Shown: one piece after another, positions 54,356 through 64,000 of the stretch | Position numbering within the stretch: position 1 is the first letter of the stretch | Layout: each line of letters opens with the position of its first letter | Origin: the human T2T-CHM13v2.0 reference genome, Homo sapiens | Length of the DNA stretch: 64,000 nucleotides | Assembly: GCF_009914755.1 (NCBI RefSeq) | Contig: NC_060927.1 | Direction: 5' to 3' (one strand) | Program-made: the position numbers and the translations under genes | The notes under the pieces: model-generated | Told to the model about the DNA's origin: nothing | Databases searched by the model: none | The model's input: the letters and a program-made list of their open reading frames with translations, nothing else

Positions 54356-57235
54356 CAAGGGTAATTTGACTTCTTCTGTTTCAACTTGTACGCTATGTGT
54401 TTCTTCCTCTTGCCAAATTTCTCTGTCTAGGACTTCCAGTATTATAGTGAACAAAAGTGGTGAAAGTGAGCATCCTTATTTTTTTCTGTATCTTGAGGGA
54501 AAGGCTTTCAATTTTTCCCCGTTTAGTATAATGTTAGTTGTGGGTTTTCTGTCCGGATGATGTCTTCACTACTGAGAGTGTGATGTTGAAGTCCCCTACT
54601 ATTCTTGAATAGTAGTGTATTTCTTCCTTTAGATTTACAAATGTTTCCATTATATACTTGGGAACCCTGGTATTCAATACATAAATATTTATACTTGTTA
54701 TAGCTTCTTGCTGAATGGACCCCTTTATTATAATACAGTGACATTCTTTGTCTCTCTTCAGTCTTTGATTTGTAGTTTATATTGTCTGATAAAAACATAG
54801 CTACTCCTACCCATTTATTGTTTCCATTTGCATGAAATATATTTTTTTACCCCCTCACTTTTAGTCTGTGTGTGTCTTTATATTTGGGTTTCCTATAAGC
54901 AGCGTATAGTTGGGTCTTGTTTCTTTATCCATTCATCAACTCTATGCCTTTTAATTGGAGAATCAAATCTATTTACATTCAGTGTTATTTTTAATAAGTA
55001 AGGGCTTAGTGTGCCCATTTTGTTGTTCGTTTTATAATTCCTCTCTTTCTTTCTTCCTGGTTTTCTTTATAGTTAAGTAATTTTCTCTGCTAGTATGTTT
55101 TTATTCATTGTTTCTATTTTTAGTTAATTATTTATAATTTTTTTTTAATTTTTTTATTATTATACTTTAAGTTTTAGGGTACATGCGTGGTTACTATGAA
55201 GCTTACAAAAATCTTACAGATATAACAAGTTATTTTAAAGAGATGACAACTTATCTTAGATCAGAAAGCAATTAATAGAAACATAAAAAATAGAAAAGTA
55301 ATCTACACCTTTTAACCCCATCCTCCCACATTTGGCTTTAGGTTGTCTCAATTTACATATTTTATACTACCCGTCTCTTGATGGATTGCTGTAGTTACTA
55401 TAATTTTTGATAGATTTACCTTTAGGTTTCATACTAGAGTTATGAGTAGATTGCACACAATAATTACAGTCTTAGAGTATATATGATTGTGTACTTAATT
55501 TTATAAATGGGTTTTATACATACAAATGTTTTCTTTTTGCACATTAGTGTTTTTTTACTTCCATATTGAAAAACTCCTTATAGTATTTCTTGTAAGATGG
55601 GTGAAGCAGTGGTGAATTCTCTCAGCTTTGTTTGGGAGAAACTTTATCTCTCCTTTATATTGGAAGAATAGGTTACTGGATACAATATTTTTTGGATAGT
55701 AGTTTTTTGTTTCTTCTTCATCTTCTCTCAGTACTTTGAAAATGTCATCCTATTCCCTCCTGAACTGTACAGTTTTCATTTAAAAGTCTGTTGCCAAATG
55801 AATTGGAATTCTTTTATATGTTATTTGCTTCTTTTCTCTTGCTGCTTTTAGAATACTGTCTTTGTTCTTTGAGAATTTGATTATTATATGTCTTAGGGTA
55901 GTCTTATTTGGGTTGGTCAAATCTGTTTGGTGTTCTCTGACCTTCCTGTACCGGGATATTTAACTCTTTGAAAGTTTTATGTTATTATTTCTTCAAATAA
56001 AATTTCTAACTTTTGCTCTTTCTCTACTCTCTTTTGAATGCCAATAATTCTTAGATTTTTGTTTTACAAGGTAATTTTCTATATCTTGTAGATGATCTTT
56101 GTTTCTTTTCATTCTTTTTCTTTTTTCACCTCTGTGTATTTTCAAATGGCTTGTTTTTGAGCTCACTAATTCTTTCTTCCATTTGTTGGAAGACGCTGTT
56201 GAGAGTGTCTAAGGAAGTTTTCAGTTCAGCAAATGTATTTCTCAATTTCAAGCTATTTGATTTTTTAAAATTTAAATCTCTTTGTTAAATTTCTCTGAAA
56301 CTTTTCTGAATTGATTTTTTTGTGTTATCTTGGAGTTTTCTTAAAACTGCCATTTTGAATTTTTGGTCAAAGAATTCACACATTTCAGTCTTATTAGGGT
56401 CAGTCATTGGTTTCTTGCTTTGTCCATTTGAGTAGGTCATGGTTTTCCATTTGCTGTTATTTCTCATGGAAGTATGTCCAAGAAAGATTGAAAGATTAGT
56501 TATTTATTTCAGTATCTTCTATCTGGCTTGTTTTGTTCTTCACTGACTATGTTAGCTCAGACATTCTTTGTAATTTACCTGTTGGTTTTATTTTTTCTTT
56601 TTACCTGCTAGATTGGTGCCTCCTTTCTGGCACTAGATGTTGCCTTAACCCAGGTTTGCCTCAGTTCTCATAAACAATCAGAGCTGCTTAGCCAGAATGG
56701 AGGAGATCACAAAGGGGATATCCCAATAGTGTGGGAAAGCTGGCTAGGAGTTTATAATTAGGGGGTCTGTGGAACAAATATCTTACAGTATTCTTGGATA
56801 GTAGCTTTTTGTTGAACAGCCACTCGGAGTTGTTATCTCCTTTTGCCAAGTTACAGAGCAAAGTTTCCAGGGCTAGAGAAGATGGTAGTGTCCTCCTCCC
56901 CCAACATCACCATTTGTCTCTGGTTGTTTGGTTGTTCTCAGAAATCTTTCTTGCTTTAGCCGCTCCCAAATTCGAGGCAGGGACAGGTCTCTAGCCAGAG
57001 AACCAAAGATGATAGGGAGCTGGTTGTCAACCCTGATCTCACATTTTCTAGTATAGAAACTAAGTTAGGGGGAAATTTTCCACATGCTTGGTGCCAGGCA
57101 GATTCAGGGGAGGAGTACCACACATACAGAAATTTGATTTCTCTGTAATCTCAGCGCAGTATATTTGTTTTTGGTTTTCTGTTGGGAAGTGATGCCAGCT
57201 TGCTTCTATGCTGCCATTTGGGACCTGGATGTCCA
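54356..57235 (-). mobile_element. L1MA continuation (RT, internal deletion near 54550, endonuclease, inter-ORF, ORF1 and 5' region)
   Basis: Resumes at 'caagggtaatttgacttcttc'; endonuclease 'gatgttgaagtcccctactatt'; ORF1-like 56285-56467 (EMCEFFDQKFKMAVLRKL). Confidence 0.82.
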
Positions 57236-59084
57236 GCTTTTGTATTTTTTAAAGTATAATTGAATATTTTTCTTTACTTAAGAAAAAACATGAAAAATCA
57301 TAAGCCTATTAGATTATTTATTTCAAATATTTATTCCATGAATATATAATAGGAAAATCAAAATGTTAAAAATCATCCAAAGTATTTTTTAAACCTTTTC
57401 TAGTATACAAATGTAATTTTAAAAGACGTCCAATTGTACAGATCCCTTAGAGTTATGCCTTTGTTCCTTGGAATGCTATGAATTTGGGTATTTTTGTGTC
57501 TTTATTGTGACTATTATAAATACAGATTAGGAAATGCTACTTTTACTTAATGTAATAAAACTATGCTTGGTTGCTTATTATTATATTCATGGAGCACCTC
57601 ATTTTATTCTCTGAGTTGTACCTTTATTATCTTGCTTATTAATTGCTGTGAATGTTCCTGTGCTTATTGTTTAAGTTTATGCCTTTGAGTTCAATTTCTA
57701 CTGAGTCTGCATTCATTATGTTATTGTGCACAGAGAAAAAAATTAAAAACAAGTCATAAAAAGAAATGCTAATGTGAAATCAGGCTTAAATGTGTATGCA
57801 ACTCATTTAATTTCAGCTTTACATAGTTAGAGTCAGTTGAATCATTGAACTCTGTTTTTATTTTTCAAGTTTCCAGTTACTACCTAAATTTTTGAGATAT
57901 TGTGGCAGAAAATGGTGTAAATGGAAGTAGAGTGGTGAAAGGACTGACACTTCTAAAATGTAGGGGAGACAGCCCTACTTCTACCTCTGTTACCATCATG
58001 ACAGAGTAGAGGCTGAAAGAGTAGGTATGGAGTATGAAAGAGTAGTTACGTTGTGGAGTAGTTAGAGGTAAGAGATGAATTCTAAACCTCCAAATTGCTT
58101 GTGGCTGAAATCCCAAGGCAGTATCACCATCCAGTAATAACCAACAACAGGAAGATGGGACATAACCAGCAACTTAGAATTAGGGCTACTTCTCCATCTG
58201 ACTTCAGTCTGCCAAGGTAGGCATTAAGGGAGGATGGGGTTTCTCTGTTGGAAAACAACAAATATTTTCATATTTCTGTATAGTCAGGACTTTCTGATGA
58301 AACATTACTTACTGGCAACCTGAGTTAAAGGATGAGTGAACAGAAAATAAGCTTTGGACATTAAAGATATTGAAATACCCAGGAGAGATTTCTAATGATT
58401 TGTCTCTCTTAAACCCATTTGTTCACATTGAAAAGGGTTTTCACAACTTGGCGACCTTCCCCTTCCCTTTCCAGAGAGGATTTGATTACATTGGAGAGCA
58501 AAAGTTTCTGTCTCTTCTCAGTGGGAGAAGAGAGGCATCTCTGCAGCAGATTCTGCACAAACTCCAAGAATCATAATTTTCAGGTCTTCTCCTAAAGAGC
58601 CCCTCCCTCTTTACATATAGGGTGATATAGGCCCTCTATTGCCCCAAAGGGGAAATAGAGCACTGGAAACCAGCACTAAGATTGCTATTGAGAACTGCAG
58701 AATTCTCACCACATAATGACTCCATCCAAACCTCTGCACTAAGAGATGATCAAATTCTAGCATGGCTTCTAGTAGCACAGAGGTGTGTTCCCAGGATAAC
58801 CACAGCTCGTTATAATGCCTAGCTGAGAAAGCTAAATACCACCAGGAGAATTTACTGTTTGTTCTAGTCAACTGCTGACAATAGGCCCTAGACATTCCTT
58901 TTTAAAAAATGTTTACAATTGTGAATATGTATTACTTACAATTCAGAAGATTCTCAGAGCCATTCCTTTAAAATGGGCATGGGCAACATGAGAAAAGAGT
59001 ACAGTAATCTATATGGAGGGTTATTGTATAACCTATGAATTATGCACAATTCATAAATTTTTCAGTGAATCAATTTTTCAGTTA

Positions 59085-59379
59085 TCACCAGGAAAGATAG
59101 GGCCTCTGTCTTTCTGTCTCTGTGGGAAGACAGAATTCTAACTTTCATTAGAATGTTAGCAAACACAGCTTGCCTAATCATATTTATACTGATCAACCCT
59201 TTGTAAATTTTTTACCTCTTTGACTCTACCTAGCTCTCCCCTTCCTAATTCTCCCTTAAAAAACCCCCAATAATCTTTTCACAAATCCAAATGGAGCTCA
59301 GCTCTTTCATCTACTGTGAGTAGTTACTGAATCAGTGTTTATTGCTTTAACAAGTACTTGGCTGTGTTTATCTTTTACA
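59085..59379 (+). mobile_element. MER31-like ERV1 LTR 3' fragment
   Basis: 'ctaacttt..gttagcaaacacag..gcctaatca..tgactctac..gtagttactga..tgtttatcttttaca'. Confidence 0.62.
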
Positions 59380-59539
59380 AGATATAAGTAAATAATCAGT
59401 CTGGGTCTTATCCAGAAAACTTTTGCTTACAGTATGAATAAAATACATAGATATAAAAAGATATTAATCTTCCTCTACCCAAAGGAAGTCATCTTCTTTT
59501 ACAGCTCTCTTCTAATAGATATAGAAAATACTGTTTCCA

Positions 59540-60400
59540 ATAATTGAAGAATAAATGCTTATTTTTAATTAACTATGAAAAGTGAACATGTACTAGGCCA
59601 TAAAACAATTACCAAACATCATAAAGAATTACAGAAAATTACAGACCATATTCTCCAACCTCACTGGAATTCAGTAAGAATCTATGACAAGAAAAGCAAA
59701 TACAGATATTTCAATATTTTCAAAGAAATACTTCCACATAACCCATGCATCAAAGAAGAAATTATATTTTTTAATGTGGTAAATAGTGTCAGAATATATG
59801 AAATACAGTTAAAAAGTTACATTTAGACTGAAATATATAACCTTAAAGGGTGATATTAGAAAAGAAGAAAGACTAAAATTAATAAGCTAAGGTTCCAACT
59901 TTCAAAGTCAAGAAAGAGAACAAAATAGTAACAAAGAAAATATAGAAGAGAGAAACATCAGAGCAGAAAACCACAACTTAAAAAAGAGCAACAAACTGAA
60001 AAGTTGGAAGTTGGAAAATAAAACAATTTATAATTGTTATCAGCTGGAAATACTGATTAAGGAAGAGGAGACACAGTTGCTGATACCACTGTGGAATACA
60101 AAGGAATACAAAGAGAAATATATTTATAGATGTAGAAGATCCAAACTGAGTGCTTTTTACAAAGATCATTAAATTACTGAGTCATTTATCAGTAATTTAA
60201 AATCTTCCTAGAAAGAAAAATCTCTGAACTAGACAGTTTTACCAGTAATTTCTATCAAATATTCAAAGAGCAAATAATAATAATATTATATAAAGCCTTC
60301 TAAGGAGTAGAAAGACACTAACCTCCTACATTCTTTTACAAGGTGAGCATATTCTCGATACAAGAATGACACATGGGCAATATGAGAAAAGAGTACAGTA
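59540..60400 (+). mobile_element. Ancient L1M ORF2 fragment
   Basis: 'ctaggccataaaaca', 'ttagaaaagaagaaagactaaaattaataagctaagg', 'ttaccagtaatttctatcaaatattcaaagag'. Confidence 0.7.
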
Positions 60401-61129
60401 ATCTATATTGTGGGTTATTGTATAACCTCTGAATTACACACAACAAATAAATTTTTCAGTGACTCAAAACTATCATATTAATATTATAGATTAAGAACTT
60501 CTCATATATTTGTGTTTTATATATTTGTGATATTTAAAAAATTTGTTTTATCAGAGTAGCAGGTCAACATTATAAGTCTAATGCAATTATATTATTGAGT
60601 AATCAGTTTAGATATTTTAATTTGGTTTAAATACTCAGCATTTTTTATTGTTAAGTTTTACATTAAGATTACTTAAAAATAAATACACTATATAAAATTT
60701 ATATATGTACTTAGAATGCTGCTATGAATTTGATTAAGTTTATAGGAGGAGTCACACATTAATCAAAAGCTTTAGATTAACATTACTAGATACATAAAAA
60801 GAGCCATATGTGTAAGATATAGCTACAAAATTAGGGATTAACTGAGTTTTTAAATAAATTGAAAATCAATACAAAGGTATGAGTAATCTTATTCAAGCAC
60901 AAAAGCTATTTTCAAGGGCTCCAAAAGTTTACCTTAACTATAGATAGGAACAGGGATGATATTCATCCAGTATGCCTTTTGATGGCCATGCTGGTTCCTC
61001 ATATGCAAAATTAACCCTTATTGTTCTGATATCAATGGACAGGTTGATGTGTATGCCCCGATGCTTATTAACTGTTTTGAGCATCAGTGAAATAGGTAGA
61101 GTTCATATTATTGAGAAACCAATTTTTCA

Positions 61130-61860
61130 TTAATAAATCTATAGAGACTATTTCAGTAAAAATTCTGACATTGTTTCATGATAATCTGACAAGCTAATTT
61201 AAAAACTTATATGGAAGAATGAAGGTCATAAATATTCAAAATATTCCTATAAAAGAAGGAGGTAAAGAATTTGTATTACCAGATAGTTAAACCTATTAAC
61301 TGTACAACTTCAGACAATATGATATTGGCACAAGGACTCTTCTATTCCATTGGTCTCTTTTTCAAAAAAGAGAAATAGTTTCATAGTTTCATGCATATAA
61401 AAAACTTAAGATATGAGAGAAGATCAGTAGGAAAATACAAGACCTTTCAATAAATTACATTATACCACCTACCTATTAAAGTAGAATAATTTAAAAAATA
61501 AATTTCTATCTTATAAACATATGCAAAAAAATAATTCCAGGTGGATTAAAGAACTAATGTAAAAGGCAAAGCTTTATAACTTAAAGAGTATACTTTAATG
61601 ACCTCTACATAGGAGAGGAGTACTTACAAAAAACACTAACCAATAACCATAAAATAAAATATTGCTAAATTTGATGTCATTAAATGAATGCTTGTCAATC
61701 AAAAAACCTGATGGAAAAAGTGAAAATATGACTTAAAAACTGAGAATATATTTTAAACACACATAATTGTGTTTAAAAGATTAGTATACCTATTATATAA
61801 AGAAATCATACAAATCAAAAGGAGAAAATAAACAGAAAAATGAGCTTAAGTCATGAATGA
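61130..61860 (+). mobile_element. Ancient L1M ORF2 3' fragment
   Basis: 'tgacaagctaatttaaaaacttatatggaag', 'aattccaggtggattaaagaact'. Confidence 0.62.

Positions 61861-64000
<2,140 letters not shown>

Overview
AT-rich, repeat-dense primate genomic DNA (AluY, L1PA2/3 and THE1 indicate human or great ape). It looks intergenic or deep-intronic. I found no recognisable host protein-coding exon, tRNA/rRNA or CpG-island promoter apart from the L1 5'UTR. Every protein-like ORF in the track comes from a transposon: Tigger1 transposase, HERV-L dUTPase, or L1 ORF1/ORF2. Main architecture: (i) a deeply nested stack at 1-9.6 kb (Tigger3 > Tigger1 > Alu and U6 retrocopy; L1PB > HERV-L/MLT2A and Alu); (ii) L2/MIR/MLT/Alu-rich sequence at 9.7-37 kb; (iii) a full-length, dead L1PA2-like element at 37103-43096 with 15-bp TSDs; (iv) an old L1MA containing a full-length THE1, which itself contains a 5'-inverted (twin-primed) L1PA3-like insertion; (v) old L1M fragments to the end. 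I cannot support a novel protein-coding system. The best unexplained signals are an unassigned ~220-bp, 82%-identical inverted repeat at 28.6/30.2 kb bracketing two inverted Alus, and a 284-bp perfectly identical tract shared by two otherwise ~3.5%-diverged L1 copies, which suggests gene conversion. Subfamily calls come from memory of consensus sequences, and boundaries of old elements are approximate.
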